DNA of 64,000 nt, taken from positions 20,707-84,706 of the forward strand of contig JBAZUL010000003.1 in assembly GCA_041661405.1 (NCBI GenBank), in the 5' to 3' direction. Numbering within the stretch: position 1 is the stretch's first letter; every line of letters starts with the position of its first letter. The translations under genes were made by a program, and so were the position numbers. Positions 1 to 10,029 of the stretch are shown here, in pieces. The notes under the pieces were generated by a model. That model had not been told where the DNA came from. It saw nothing but the letters and a program-made list of their open reading frames with translations, and did no database searches. The stretch comes from Patescibacteria group bacterium. Its GTDB lineage: Bacteria; Patescibacteriota; Patescibacteriia; Patescibacteriales; JBAZCA01.

Positions 1-520
1 ATTCTTCCAGATCCACTCCGTCCGGAGCGACTATAATTTTAGCGCCATCAACGCCGGCGGCTATCAACTCTTTTTTCAAATACCGCGTAAGGACAATTAT
101 TTTTTTGGCTTTTTTATAGGCTTTCTTGTGCCGACCTCTAATCCGGCTTGGAAGCTGGTGCACTTCCAGATAAAAATTATTAAAAAAAAGTCCGGCTAAG
201 GGAGTCCTAAAATATAAAAGATCATATTTCTTATTCAATAAATATAACCGGGCGCACAAGAAAAAACTTAAGGTTCTGATTAGAAAATTCAGACTGCTAG
301 ATCCTTTAGCTGATAAATCAAAGTAAGGGATTTTAATAATTTTAAATTTATTTTTTATATTGTAGAAAGAAAAAATTTCTTCGTCGCTTCCGTCTTTCAT
401 GCCCGTCATTAGCACCACCTCGTGCCCGGCCTCGGTAAAGGCTTCGCACATTTTAGTAATCTGGATACTATGGGCCCAGTTGCCAGGAAGATGAACATTC
501 GCTATATATATTAATCTCAT
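1..520 (-). CDS. glycosyltransferase family 4 (GT-B), N-terminal 173 codons only; 3' end lies beyond the left window edge
   Basis: Own translation of the minus strand from ATG at 520..518 gives MRLIYIANVHLPGNWAHSIQITKMCEAFTEAGHEVVLMTGMKDGSDEEIFSFY..., open to position 1. This is a typical GT4 N-terminal Rossmann half. It is missing from the ORF track because there is no stop in the window. It starts 5 nt after the upstream gene's stop. Confidence 0.75.
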   Translation of the reverse strand, partial: MRLIYIANVHLPGNWAHSIQITKMCEAFTEAGHEVVLMTGMKDGSDEEIFSFYNIKNKFKIIKIPYFDLSAKGSSSLNFLIRTLSFFLCARLYLLNKKYDLLYFRTPLAGLFFNNFYLEVHQLPSRIRGRHKKAYKKAKKIIVLTRYLKKELIAAGVDGAKIIVAPDGVDLEE

Positions 521-525
521 ATAAG

Positions 526-1662
526 CTAAGATCCTAACTTAAAATAAATTTCCTTTAATAGAACGGCTGCTTCGGCCCAAGTAAATATTTTTGACCGCTT
601 TAAACCGGTTGTTTTCAATCTTTCTCGCAACTCACTATCTTTTAATAGTTTAATCATCTCATCAGCCATATTATTGATATCATAAGGATTAAACAGGATG
701 CCAGCCTCGCCGACTATTTCCGGCATACTGCTTACGTCTGAAGCCATTACTGGGACTCCGCTCGCCATAGCTTCAACGAGCGGCAAACCAAAACCTTCGC
801 TTAGTGAAGGAAAAATAAATATTTTGGCGGCCGAATAAATCCGGTTGATTAATCGGTCTTCAACATAGTCAATAAAAATTATGTCATGGGAAAATTTAGA
901 TTTTTCGGCGATTTTAAAAATATCCCTGTACTTTTCCGTAGCTTTGCCGACTATTACCAATTTTTCATGGCGGTCAGATTTTTGGCGCATGCAGATATAA
1001 GCCCTGACCAGGTTGGCAATATTTTTATGCGGCTGCAGGCGGGCAACACTAAGTATATACTCACTTGAGACTTGCGGATATTCATTTTTGACTATCTCAA
1101 AAGATTTATTAGGGTCTAAAGGCTGAAATTTTTCCCCGCCTCCGTTATAAATCGCAATCAGCCGATTCGGCGCGATCTTGTATGTCTGGCAAGCCTCCTT
1201 TCTGGCTGTCTCTGAACACACGATTAAATAGCTGAACCAACGGTTGAAGTATCTTATAACCCAGTGGAAGACGCGAGCCGAAAAACAAAACTTCGGATAA
1301 TAAAATTTTCCGCCTCCATGAATCGTAATTATTTTATGCCGGGCTGGGGCAAGCCAATAACCGGGATAAGCCCGCGGCTGGAGCCAATGGATTATGTCAA
1401 ATTTTTCGCGACGATAAAGCCAAAAAAAGTATAATTGCCTTAAAAATCTAGAAGGATAAAAAATTTCCTTCATAATAATTTCTTTAGCCTTCCGATATAA
1501 CTCATCATTATTCTTTTCGTAGTGAACCAAAGTAAAATCAAACCGTTCATCGGCTATTAAATTCTCTATCAAATTTTTAGCGTAAACGGCCGTGCCCATT
1601 CCCTTCCTTTCGTCCATGGCATAGCTCATGAGCGCGACCGTAATTTTCTTATAATTTGCCAT
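526..1662 (-). CDS. glycosyltransferase family 4 (GT-B fold)
   Basis: 378-aa ORF. The C-terminal half carries the GT4 nucleotide-sugar binding region [34 protein letters not shown]. It is tightly packed with its neighbours. Confidence 0.88.
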   Translation of the reverse strand: MANYKKITVALMSYAMDERKGMGTAVYAKNLIENLIADERFDFTLVHYEKNNDELYRKAKEIIMKEIFYPSRFLRQLYFFWLYRREKFDIIHWLQPRAYPGYWLAPARHKIITIHGGGKFYYPKFCFSARVFHWVIRYFNRWFSYLIVCSETARKEACQTYKIAPNRLIAIYNGGGEKFQPLDPNKSFEIVKNEYPQVSSEYILSVARLQPHKNIANLVRAYICMRQKSDRHEKLVIVGKATEKYRDIFKIAEKSKFSHDIIFIDYVEDRLINRIYSAAKIFIFPSLSEGFGLPLVEAMASGVPVMASDVSSMPEIVGEAGILFNPYDINNMADEMIKLLKDSELRERLKTTGLKRSKIFTWAEAAVLLKEIYFKLGS

Positions 1663-1666
1663 TAAA

Positions 1667-2974
1667 TTATTTTTTTTCTTGCCGTAATATAAATATTATC
1701 TGGCGGCCAAAATATTTTGAAAAAAAAGAAAACCAGGCGTTATGCGGAACGTTAAGGCGCCTGCGCGAAATATAATAATAGCTGGGGTAATGCTTTACTA
1801 TGGAAAATCCTGCTGACTTAAATTCTTTTTTCATATCATCAATATTTCTAATATTTACCCATAAGGGGTGATAAGTCTTTTTTTTACGGCTATAATGGGA
1901 AAAGTTAGTGTAAGTAATTAAAATTTTTGTGTCCTTATTTGAAAGATTGCTATTGAGATATCTCAATAGTTCCCTTACCCGATCAATAGATAAGTACTCA
2001 ATGACTCCCGAAATAACGATTACATTAAAAATCTCGTTAAAAGGAAAGTTTTTAAAATTATCTTTTTCCAAGTCAAATACGGCGTAACGGCCAAAGACTA
2101 TTTTCTGCATAAACACATCAACGCCCGCGTACTTATAATTGCTGTTTTTCAGCATTTCTCCAAGCGAAGCCGGGCCGCACCCTATATCAATGATTGAACC
2201 GCCAGAACCGCCTTTAATAATCTCACCGTATATCTCATTTATTCTTTTATGCGGCTTTTTGTACTTTCGAGATTCGGCTGTCCAGTACTTATCCAATCCG
2301 ACGATAAACGGCTTCTGGAAATATGCCGCACCTCCGGATCCGAAAACCAGCTCGGCATCAATATTATTAATTCCCATAAATTCATCTACCGCCTTTTGGC
2401 ACCCTGGCCAGGCACGATAATCGTCAATGATAACATATCCGCCTGGAACGACATTTTCGTATAAAGTGTCTAGACAAAACTTTGTAGATTCGTACCAATC
2501 GCAATCAAGGCGCAAAAGTCCGATATCCCCAACCGACTGTTTGTGGGCGGGCAAAGTTTCGTTAAACCACCCGGGTACTATCTTTACCTTGTTTTTTTTA
2601 TTTCCCGTAACTTTTAATAATACCTCTTCAACATCCTCAATTTTGCACTCACCTTTATCTCTTTTATACTGCTTATGTGCTAAAATACCATCAGCGACAG
2701 AAGGCTCAGGCAAACCGGCGAAAGAATCAAAAAGCCACAAATTCCTTCTTTCGCCGTATTTATTAATAATCTCGGCCATTACGGCCGCCGCGCCGCCTTT
2801 CCAAACCCCGCATTCCACAAAATTTCCGGACATACCCTGTTTTTCAATTTTTTCGACGAGCTCATACAGTTCATAGAGCCTATCATGGCCGACCATAGTA
2901 TAACTCTCAACTTTTTTAAAAAGCAACCATTGCCTTAGATGCTTTATTTTTTTTATCGCGTCATTTAAAGTCAT
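1667..2974 (-). CDS. fusion of a TylF/macrocin-O-methyltransferase-like domain with a second class I SAM methyltransferase domain
   Basis: The N half has FVECGVWKGGAAAVMAEI, LWLFDSFAGLPEP, LRLDCDWYES and GGYVIIDDY, a TylF-family pattern. The C half has SAM motif I, IIDIGCGPASLG. The start lies 1 nt after the upstream stop. Confidence 0.8.
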   Translation of the reverse strand: MTLNDAIKKIKHLRQWLLFKKVESYTMVGHDRLYELYELVEKIEKQGMSGNFVECGVWKGGAAAVMAEIINKYGERRNLWLFDSFAGLPEPSVADGILAHKQYKRDKGECKIEDVEEVLLKVTGNKKNKVKIVPGWFNETLPAHKQSVGDIGLLRLDCDWYESTKFCLDTLYENVVPGGYVIIDDYRAWPGCQKAVDEFMGINNIDAELVFGSGGAAYFQKPFIVGLDKYWTAESRKYKKPHKRINEIYGEIIKGGSGGSIIDIGCGPASLGEMLKNSNYKYAGVDVFMQKIVFGRYAVFDLEKDNFKNFPFNEIFNVIVISGVIEYLSIDRVRELLRYLNSNLSNKDTKILITYTNFSHYSRKKKTYHPLWVNIRNIDDMKKEFKSAGFSIVKHYPSYYYISRRRLNVPHNAWFSFFSKYFGRQIIFILRQEKK

Positions 2975-2975
2975 A

Positions 2976-4271
2976 TTAATTAATATTTATAATATTCAGA
3001 ATTACCTCAATATTTTTTTTTGATAACATAATAGCCTTTGACCTGGCAGACAAAAAGGTTAGTTTGGGAGTATTTATTAAATTTTCAAAAGCATCTCTAA
3101 GGATTTCTGGGGAAAAACGGCGGATGTCTAGAATCAATTGGCTTAAATCTAAATCTTTAAAAATACCCGCGGTTTTCGGTTCGTAGCCGATAGCCATAAC
3201 TGACACGCCGCCAAGCAAAGCAAAAATAGACGAATGGAGCCTAGTGGCGATAAAATAATCCATTTTACTATACAACCGCAATAGGTCGTCCATTTCCAGC
3301 TCATCCTCTATTATTCTGACTCGCGCCTTAGCGTTATCGTCCAAGGCATTATAAATTTTTTTTGAAATAATTCTATCATCCTCGCTGAATGATGGTCCGA
3401 CTGATTGCGGCATTAAATAAAACCGGAATCCCCGAAGAGTATACTCGTTAATAAACGATATTAGAGAGCTTATGTAGACTTGAAAATCTTTTTTCTTTGA
3501 CCATGACCTGACAGTGAGACCGACACAAATGTGGCCATTTTTTTTATCTTCAATGGCTCCATAAAATGCTTTATTCTTGCCGCTCCCTTCATCGCTCATT
3601 TTAAGTAAAAATGCCGAATCGCCCGTTAAAATAACGTTTTTATAGAGACTAAGTTGATTTTTTAAAAAACTCATTGAATCCGTCTCTCTGACGGTAATCA
3701 GCGGGAACCGGCGCATAGCGCGACGCATAATAAATTTTGAGTATAAATTATTTATGGGGCCAAAAGACTGCGCCGATAGAATAACATTCTTTTTGAACTT
3801 AGCGCCGACAATAAGCTGATGTAAATGGCTCATAATTCCTACGGGTAAAATATTGATCCGGCACTCGGGCTCCCGAAAAAAACTACCTCCTTTTGAGATA
3901 ATGACATCGCACTTCTTGTAAGCATCCAATGTTTTCAGCGCCTCGCCCGAACCGCTATAATACCAATAGGCTAATCGGGGAAAATTTAGAAGCGCTAAAG
4001 AAATATAATATTTACCAAAAAAGAATATAGCTCCTGCCTTATTGGTCAAAGAATAAAACCATTTGCCTTGATTAAACTTAGGTAAATCAAGAAGAGGCAA
4101 AAAAAATTCAACCCCCGATGACTCCCACCATCCGCGATCATTTATATTGCGTCCGATGACACTAAAACGGAATCTTCTATTTACCGCCTTCAATCCTCCG
4201 ATTAATCCCAGAACTATCCCTAAGTCGCCTTTATTTTTAATAGAATGAAAGTTTGTAATCAAAATATTCAT
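2976..4271 (-). CDS. polysaccharide pyruvyl transferase (CsaB/WcaK-like)
   Basis: The ORF track gives 2976..4319. I prefer the ATG at 4271 (MNILITNFHSIKNKGDLGIV), which removes a 34-nt overlap with the upstream gene. The motifs ISKGGSFF and ATRLHSSIFALLGGVSVMAIGYEPK resemble the pyruvyl transferase family. Confidence 0.75.
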   Translation of the reverse strand: MNILITNFHSIKNKGDLGIVLGLIGGLKAVNRRFRFSVIGRNINDRGWWESSGVEFFLPLLDLPKFNQGKWFYSLTNKAGAIFFFGKYYISLALLNFPRLAYWYYSGSGEALKTLDAYKKCDVIISKGGSFFREPECRINILPVGIMSHLHQLIVGAKFKKNVILSAQSFGPINNLYSKFIMRRAMRRFPLITVRETDSMSFLKNQLSLYKNVILTGDSAFLLKMSDEGSGKNKAFYGAIEDKKNGHICVGLTVRSWSKKKDFQVYISSLISFINEYTLRGFRFYLMPQSVGPSFSEDDRIISKKIYNALDDNAKARVRIIEDELEMDDLLRLYSKMDYFIATRLHSSIFALLGGVSVMAIGYEPKTAGIFKDLDLSQLILDIRRFSPEILRDAFENLINTPKLTFLSARSKAIMLSKKNIEVILNIININ

Positions 4272-4285
4272 AAACAATAAAATGG

Positions 4286-5407
4286 TTAATTTATTAAAGA
4301 AACAAGTTGCCAGACGCACTTTTCTATGGTATATAATTTGCCCGTCTCTTTTGCCTTACTCTTTTGACTTTGAAAGTCTGCCGGATGTTTAATTACAAAT
4401 GTAATTATTTTTGCGAGCTGTTCCGCATTTCTAGTTTTAAAAGTGAAACCATTATAACCGTCTCTAACTAAAGCTGTCATGCCGGGAATTTCGGAAACTA
4501 CAACAATCTTTCCAAGCATCAATGCCTCAAGCAAAGATAGGCTAAGCCCCTCCCAAAGGGAAGGCATAACATAGATGTCGGCGCAATTTACTATTTCCTT
4601 AGCGTCATGCCTAGCTCCCAGAAAATGGACATGATCAGCATACGGACTCAATGCCGCCTGTTTTTTCAAGAACCGGGAATACTCATTCGTGTCGGAACCG
4701 CAAATTAAAAAATGAATTCTCGGATTTTCATCAACAACCTTCCCGACGGCGGCAATCAGCGTTTCATATCCCTTTTGAGGATTAACATTACCATTTGATA
4801 CTGCTAATATATCTTTTTCACTAAACCCCAACTTGCCTCTCACATCGTCCGCGGCCGGTATATTTTTAATAAAATCCTCGGAAATACCGTTCTGAACTAC
4901 TACAATTTTATGCTTAGAAATTCCTTTTTCTATTAAATAATCTTTTACTTCTTCGGAAACCGCGACTATTTTATGGGTCAGAAAGGAGAGCAAGCGATCA
5001 ATAAAAAAATGCTTAAAGCTCTTTTCCTTTCCATAGGAATTATGTTCATAGGCAATAATTTTATCAAAACGAAAGGCCAAAAGGCAAGCCAAGCGAACCA
5101 AAGTATTTGCCAAAAATAAATGTGAAATTATCGCCTCGTACTTCTTCCCCTTAATTAATTTAGCAATCAGCCATATACCATGAAGCGAAAACCCTTTAGC
5201 GTCAATATTTATCAGCTTCCCCTGGGATAATTTCAAATCTTCATAAAAGCCTTGCTTGAGGCTTGGCAATATAACAAGCACATCCACTGCGTACCCCAAC
5301 TCCTCTAGGCAGTTTGCCTGGTCAACGACCAATCTTTCGGCTCCCCCGAAAGATAGGTTATTTATGACTACAAGAATCTTTTTTGGCTGTTTACTTCGCA
5401 TAATCAA
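4286..5407 (-). CDS. glycosyltransferase family 4
   Basis: 373 aa. N-terminal KILVVINNLSFGGAERLVVD and C-terminal PSLWEGLSLSLLEALMLGKIVVVSEIPG are classic GT4 motifs. Confidence 0.88.
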   Translation of the reverse strand: MIMRSKQPKKILVVINNLSFGGAERLVVDQANCLEELGYAVDVLVILPSLKQGFYEDLKLSQGKLINIDAKGFSLHGIWLIAKLIKGKKYEAIISHLFLANTLVRLACLLAFRFDKIIAYEHNSYGKEKSFKHFFIDRLLSFLTHKIVAVSEEVKDYLIEKGISKHKIVVVQNGISEDFIKNIPAADDVRGKLGFSEKDILAVSNGNVNPQKGYETLIAAVGKVVDENPRIHFLICGSDTNEYSRFLKKQAALSPYADHVHFLGARHDAKEIVNCADIYVMPSLWEGLSLSLLEALMLGKIVVVSEIPGMTALVRDGYNGFTFKTRNAEQLAKIITFVIKHPADFQSQKSKAKETGKLYTIEKCVWQLVSLIN

Positions 5408-7142
5408 GCTTATAGATATCTACTATTGGACCATTTTGTCTTAATTTCGGCAACTTAACGAGCGGATTATCAATCGCTCCTCCCAAATCCATGCCAATAT
5501 CATCTTCCGTGGCTCCGGCCGGAAATCTCTTTACTAAAGAAAGACTGGACAGATTAAGGTTAACTTCCTCTAATTTCCCCTTCCAGTATTGCAGATCATC
5601 CTTATTAAGCCAACTAATAACAAGATAATCGTATTTTTTATCAAAAATTTCTTTTGGTATTTCATTGTAGTGCGGAAAGGATAAAACATAATAATTAGGT
5701 TTGGGAAGCGCATCATCCGGCTGACTTAAGAGATAGAGCCGCTTTTTAGTGGCAAAAGAAGTGTGCGCGGTCATATCTTTTATTGTTTGCCGATTTTCGT
5801 TTAGCTCCAGGTGGCCGTCAAAATTTATGATATTCTCTCCCGCTGGCAGGTTATTATAAATCCAGTTGACAGCTTCAAGCCGGCTTGAAGGCAGTAAAAA
5901 TTTATAATCCCAAAGCAAGGGCGGATATAAAGATAAAAGGCATAAAACGGCTATCAGTAAAGCGGCTGCCTTTTTACGGCTCGTCCGCTGATAAAACCAG
6001 GATAATCCGAAAGCGGAAAAAAGCGCCAGCACAGGAAGAATGGGCAGCAGATAACGGGCGATTTTAATACTGATTGAACTAATCGCAAAAAAATAAACAA
6101 AAACAAAAGAAGCTAAAATTAAAAAAATATCCCTTTTTTTGAAAAACATAACAACAGAGCCGAATAAGGCGCCGGTCAAGAGCAATGGATCACTCTGCCA
6201 AAGCGCTCCCAGATAGTAAAAAATAGATTTGCTAATGGTGTTAGAACCGTCCGGAACTAATGGAGCGGACCGATCAACTAAAGGGCTGAAAGTTTCAGAC
6301 AAATTAAGCATCTTATTCGGATTAGGGAATAATCCCCCGAGGTAATGGATAAAGCCGTAGGTGTTTAAAAAATAAACTATTAGATAAACAACGGTAAAAA
6401 TAAGATTGGCCGACCAAAAATACGGATTAATAATAATATTCTTAATCTTTTCTTTTTTATTCTTTAAATAATGCGCGGCTAAAAATGAAACATACGCAAA
6501 AATTCCTACCACGTGCGTGCCAAAAGCCAGGCCAATAGAGAGACCGCACCATAAATAATGCTTAATTTTAGCCGACGGCGCCTGATAAAAATCAATAATC
6601 ATATACAAAGCCAAAAGTACGGTAAGCGTTTGCGGTAGCCAAACTCTTGCGAAGTGCGAGGCCTGGATAAAAAGCAAACTGGAAGAAAGTAAAAAAACCG
6701 ACAATAAAGAAACTAATTTATTATTAAACAACTTCTTGCTAATCCTGTATAAAAAGTAGAGGCAAGCCAAGCCGGCAAGAACAGATATAAATCGCCCGAG
6801 AGGTAAAAATTTCGCGAATTCAACTTGGCCGAATCGCTCAAGCGCCGCCAGACTGGGAAAAAGGCCGGACAGGCGCATTATAAATAACGCAATTGCGAAA
6901 AACGGCAAGTAAAGATAAGCGCCTAATGATAAATGATAAAATGAAGGATAATTCGGCCGCAGGCTGTGGCCCGCGATCATTTTCAGCGCCGCGGATAAGA
7001 GCGGCGCTTCATCGCCGGTAGTATTAAAAAGCGAATAGTTAAAAAAGATACCGGCCGATGCCATGATAAAATACGCCGCCATAATAACCAGCAAGGCATT
7101 TTTCTGCCAAAAATCTTTTTGCCAAATATTATTCATTTTCAT
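5391..7142 (-). CDS. GT-C fold polyprenyl-phosphate-sugar dependent glycosyltransferase (ArnT/PMT, GT39/GT83-like)
   Basis: 583 aa with about 12 predicted TM helices. The acidic first-loop motif TGDEAPLL is typical of GT-C enzymes. There is a C-terminal soluble domain of about 130 aa. The ATGA start/stop overlap with the upstream LAB_N gene suggests translational coupling. Confidence 0.75.
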   Translation of the reverse strand: MKMNNIWQKDFWQKNALLVIMAAYFIMASAGIFFNYSLFNTTGDEAPLLSAALKMIAGHSLRPNYPSFYHLSLGAYLYLPFFAIALFIMRLSGLFPSLAALERFGQVEFAKFLPLGRFISVLAGLACLYFLYRISKKLFNNKLVSLLSVFLLSSSLLFIQASHFARVWLPQTLTVLLALYMIIDFYQAPSAKIKHYLWCGLSIGLAFGTHVVGIFAYVSFLAAHYLKNKKEKIKNIIINPYFWSANLIFTVVYLIVYFLNTYGFIHYLGGLFPNPNKMLNLSETFSPLVDRSAPLVPDGSNTISKSIFYYLGALWQSDPLLLTGALFGSVVMFFKKRDIFLILASFVFVYFFAISSISIKIARYLLPILPVLALFSAFGLSWFYQRTSRKKAAALLIAVLCLLSLYPPLLWDYKFLLPSSRLEAVNWIYNNLPAGENIINFDGHLELNENRQTIKDMTAHTSFATKKRLYLLSQPDDALPKPNYYVLSFPHYNEIPKEIFDKKYDYLVISWLNKDDLQYWKGKLEEVNLNLSSLSLVKRFPAGATEDDIGMDLGGAIDNPLVKLPKLRQNGPIVDIYKLDYAK

Positions 7143-7432
7143 GCTTTTTTATTAACTTCATCATTGCCCTTAGATAGCATAATATTTCTTACATAAATCA
7201 ACAGCCCCAGACCCTGACCCAAAGAAAAGACAATATCTTTGATATGGATGGCATAAATAAAGAGAATCACGCCTCCGGCAATGCTAAAGTACCAAAAGGA
7301 AAAAGGAAAGACGCTTTTTTTGTGCTTTTCAGAATGAAGCCATTGGATAAAGAACCTCAAAAAAAACATAAATTGGCCGAAAAAACCAAGAATAACCCAA
7401 AAATTCATGTTTTTACCGATTAAACCTGACAT
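7139..7432 (-). CDS. lipid-A-biosynthesis N-terminal (LAB_N) domain small membrane protein
   Basis: 97 aa. ILGFFGQFMFFLRFFIQWLHSEKHKKSVFPFSFWYFSIAGGVILFIYAIHIKDIVFSLGQGLGLLIYVRNIML follows the LAB_N pattern (GQ..F..RF..QW..SE...S..P..FW). An alternative start is the ATG at 7408. Confidence 0.8.
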   Translation of the reverse strand: MSGLIGKNMNFWVILGFFGQFMFFLRFFIQWLHSEKHKKSVFPFSFWYFSIAGGVILFIYAIHIKDIVFSLGQGLGLLIYVRNIMLSKGNDEVNKKA

Positions 7433-7441
7433 AAGCTACAG

Positions 7442-9070
7442 TTAAAAATTAAAAATCCGGCGCAGGGAGCATCCCCCGCGCGAACCGCTAAACTCTTTTT
7501 CTGCCCGGCCGCCATTATCTTCCACTTCCTGGGAGGTAAAAAACTTAGAACTGGGAATAAAATTATACGAAGTTTTTTGCTCGCAAAAAAAATCTTTTTC
7601 CTTGATTATTTTACTAATCCAATCTTTAACTATTAAAGAATCATTGTTAATAATAAATTCCCGTTTAAATAAAATATGTGACGGGTCTTTATAGCTGATC
7701 ATTTTTTTTCTTAAAAAATCCTTTAAGAATGCCTGCCAGTTGCTGAATTTCCCGAAGACAATCTGCCAAGTCTTAAATAATATCATAATTGGCGTTTTCA
7801 TTAATGGCTCCTTAATCGGCTTTAACCTTCCGCTCACTGTAAGGCAGCCTTCCTCGCTCGCGATTTCATTAGAGTAGTCAAGCGCGCCGGAAATCAAGCC
7901 TCTCCCTGCTAGCTTAATTTCAACTCCCGAATCAAAATATTGACGGCCTGGTAAATAAAGCCGGAAAGCGCCTCCTTTGTATAGATTGGCCGCGAAATAA
8001 TATTTTTCGGTTTGTCTGATTCTTATGCCGGAATCTTTAAGAAAGATATTAATCCTCCTCGCGGTCAAATAGTCATTAATATCGGCGCGCTGGCTGATGC
8101 CGCTATGGCTCAGAGAAATTCCGGCCTGCAGCCAGTTATATAAAATATAACACAAATAACGGTCATCTAGGCTGGCCGGCCCGATGCCTGATCCGGAAGA
8201 AAGGGAGGCGATGTTAAAAGCAGTAATAATTTTAGCGTTTGCGTCTAAATCCGATAAATAAACAAAGCCTGAAGGAATCAGATACTCGGTATTGCGCGAC
8301 ATATATTCCCCTCCAACGGTAAAATTGGGGTGAAGGAAGTTAATCAGGAAAGCACAAGCGCGCTTAATTGAAATAAGAACATCCTCTCTTTTATCCAGTT
8401 CGTAATATTTCGCGAGATAATCAATCATTAGCGATAAATAGCCGACATCAGGCCCGCCATATTCTCCCCACCAACCTTCCGAAGACTGGCGGCTGATAAT
8501 TAAATTTAATTTTTCACCAGCGGTTTTTAAATATTTTTCACAGCTAGTCAAGAACGAGATTTTAGCTAAGGCAAAAACGCTTCCGGCCAGCTGATTAAAA
8601 ACCGACGTTTCGTTATGTTTAATGAGCCAGTCGGCCGCTTTTTCCAACCCGCCCAATATCTTATCGTAATCTTCAAGTTTTTCTTTTCCCATCAGGCCGA
8701 TTGTTTCCGCCAAAGCCGCGCTCAAGAAAGCCGTGGCCACGTAAGAGCTTTCGTTAATATACCATTCATTAAATGAACCGTCCCTGTTCTGAATTTTTAA
8801 AGCAAAAGAAAGTGAAGCATTAATCCAACCCAGTATTTTTTCACTATGATAATATTTATTTCCCGGAAAATTATGCTTATAAAGCAGAGCAAGAGTTAGC
8901 GCGGCTTCCTGGCAGCGGGCACTACTAATATCATTCGTGCGGTAATGCCAATAATCCCGGTCAAAAGACCCGTAGCTACCGGATAAAGGGTTACGATTTA
9001 GCTGACCCAATAAACGAGGTGCGTTCGCCAAGACTGATGACAAAAAAATGTTTTCAGGGACAGATTTCAT
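7442..9070 (-). CDS. uncharacterised protein, possible alpha/alpha-toroid fold (QW-like repeats)
   Basis: 542 aa with no TM helices or signal peptide. KIQNRDGSFNEWY and SRQSSEGWWGEYGG resemble the Q..DG.W repeats of prenyltransferase/terpene-cyclase-like toroids. The coding call is supported by its length and operon packing. The function is unknown. Confidence 0.6.
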   Translation of the reverse strand: MKSVPENIFLSSVLANAPRLLGQLNRNPLSGSYGSFDRDYWHYRTNDISSARCQEAALTLALLYKHNFPGNKYYHSEKILGWINASLSFALKIQNRDGSFNEWYINESSYVATAFLSAALAETIGLMGKEKLEDYDKILGGLEKAADWLIKHNETSVFNQLAGSVFALAKISFLTSCEKYLKTAGEKLNLIISRQSSEGWWGEYGGPDVGYLSLMIDYLAKYYELDKREDVLISIKRACAFLINFLHPNFTVGGEYMSRNTEYLIPSGFVYLSDLDANAKIITAFNIASLSSGSGIGPASLDDRYLCYILYNWLQAGISLSHSGISQRADINDYLTARRINIFLKDSGIRIRQTEKYYFAANLYKGGAFRLYLPGRQYFDSGVEIKLAGRGLISGALDYSNEIASEEGCLTVSGRLKPIKEPLMKTPIMILFKTWQIVFGKFSNWQAFLKDFLRKKMISYKDPSHILFKREFIINNDSLIVKDWISKIIKEKDFFCEQKTSYNFIPSSKFFTSQEVEDNGGRAEKEFSGSRGGCSLRRIFNF

Positions 9071-9077
9071 ATATAGT

Positions 9078-10025
9078 TTAGCTGTTAGTAGTTTTCGGGA
9101 CGCCGTTGTTAATTATTTCTTTAATAACGTAATTTTTTCTATCCGCCCCGTTTTGCCGAATGATCAGTTCCCCAAGACAACCTAATGAAAATGACTGCAC
9201 CCCCACGACAACTAGCAACATGCCAAAGATTAATAAAGGCCTCGAACCAATTAAAACGCCCTGAAAAACTTTTATCCAAAAAAGGTAAAATAGGATCGCG
9301 GATCCAAAAAAGAAAAGCGCGAGACCGTAAAGACCGAAAAAATGCATCGGCCGATCAATAAAGCGGCGCAAAAATAAGAGGGTTATAAAATCAAAAAGTC
9401 CGTTTGACAATCTTTTGAGCCCGTATTTTGTTTTACCATGCATTCTCTGGCGGTGGTTTACTTTAATTTCATTTACGCGCAAGCCCATATCGGAAACAAT
9501 TGCCGGAATATAGCGATGCATATCGCCGTATAGCCTGAGCTGTTTGGCTGTTTCTTTTTTATAGCCTTTATAGCAGCAATTCATGTCATGTATATTTGTT
9601 TTTGTAATGCGCTTGGTTATGCTATTGGCAATGAACGAAGCGAATCTCCGGCTAAAGCTGTCCAGTCTTCGGTACTTCCAGCCGCAAACCAAATCGTCGC
9701 CCTGCTCCAACGAATTAATAAAATTAGGCAGCTCTTTCGGGTCATCCTGCAAATCGCCGTCAAGCGTAATAATATACTCCCCGTCGGCTTCGTCAAAGCC
9801 CGCTTGCAAGGCCTGTGACTTGCCAAAATTCTTCGTAAAGGAAATTATTTTTACGCCAGCAATTTTTCTTAATTCCGCCAAGGTGCCGTCGCGGGAACCG
9901 TCATTTATAAAAATAATTTCATAAACCAAAGCGGTTTTTTCCATAACAGCCTTAATTTCAGCGAACAATTCGCCGACGGATTCTTCCTCGTTATAAACAG
10001 GAATAATAATTGAAATCTTTTTCAC
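9078..10025 (-). CDS. GT2 polyprenyl-phosphate glycosyltransferase (GtrB/ArnC/DPM1-like)
   Basis: 315 aa with ISIIIPVYNEEESV, INDGSRDGT and the DxD-type motif LDGDLQDDP. Two C-terminal TM helices (FFGLYGLALFFFGSAILFYLF and LLIFGMLLVVVGVQSF) match bactoprenol-phosphate sugar synthases. Confidence 0.88.
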   Translation of the reverse strand: MKKISIIIPVYNEEESVGELFAEIKAVMEKTALVYEIIFINDGSRDGTLAELRKIAGVKIISFTKNFGKSQALQAGFDEADGEYIITLDGDLQDDPKELPNFINSLEQGDDLVCGWKYRRLDSFSRRFASFIANSITKRITKTNIHDMNCCYKGYKKETAKQLRLYGDMHRYIPAIVSDMGLRVNEIKVNHRQRMHGKTKYGLKRLSNGLFDFITLLFLRRFIDRPMHFFGLYGLALFFFGSAILFYLFWIKVFQGVLIGSRPLLIFGMLLVVVGVQSFSLGCLGELIIRQNGADRKNYVIKEIINNGVPKTTNS

Positions 10026-10029
10026 ATGT

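Noticed and set aside
7139-7142. UGA recoding, as in Gracilibacteria/Absconditabacteria code 25
   Set aside because: TGA functions as the stop of the LAB_N gene in an ATGA coupling overlap, and conserved proteins show no in-frame TGA. The standard code 11 fits all genes.
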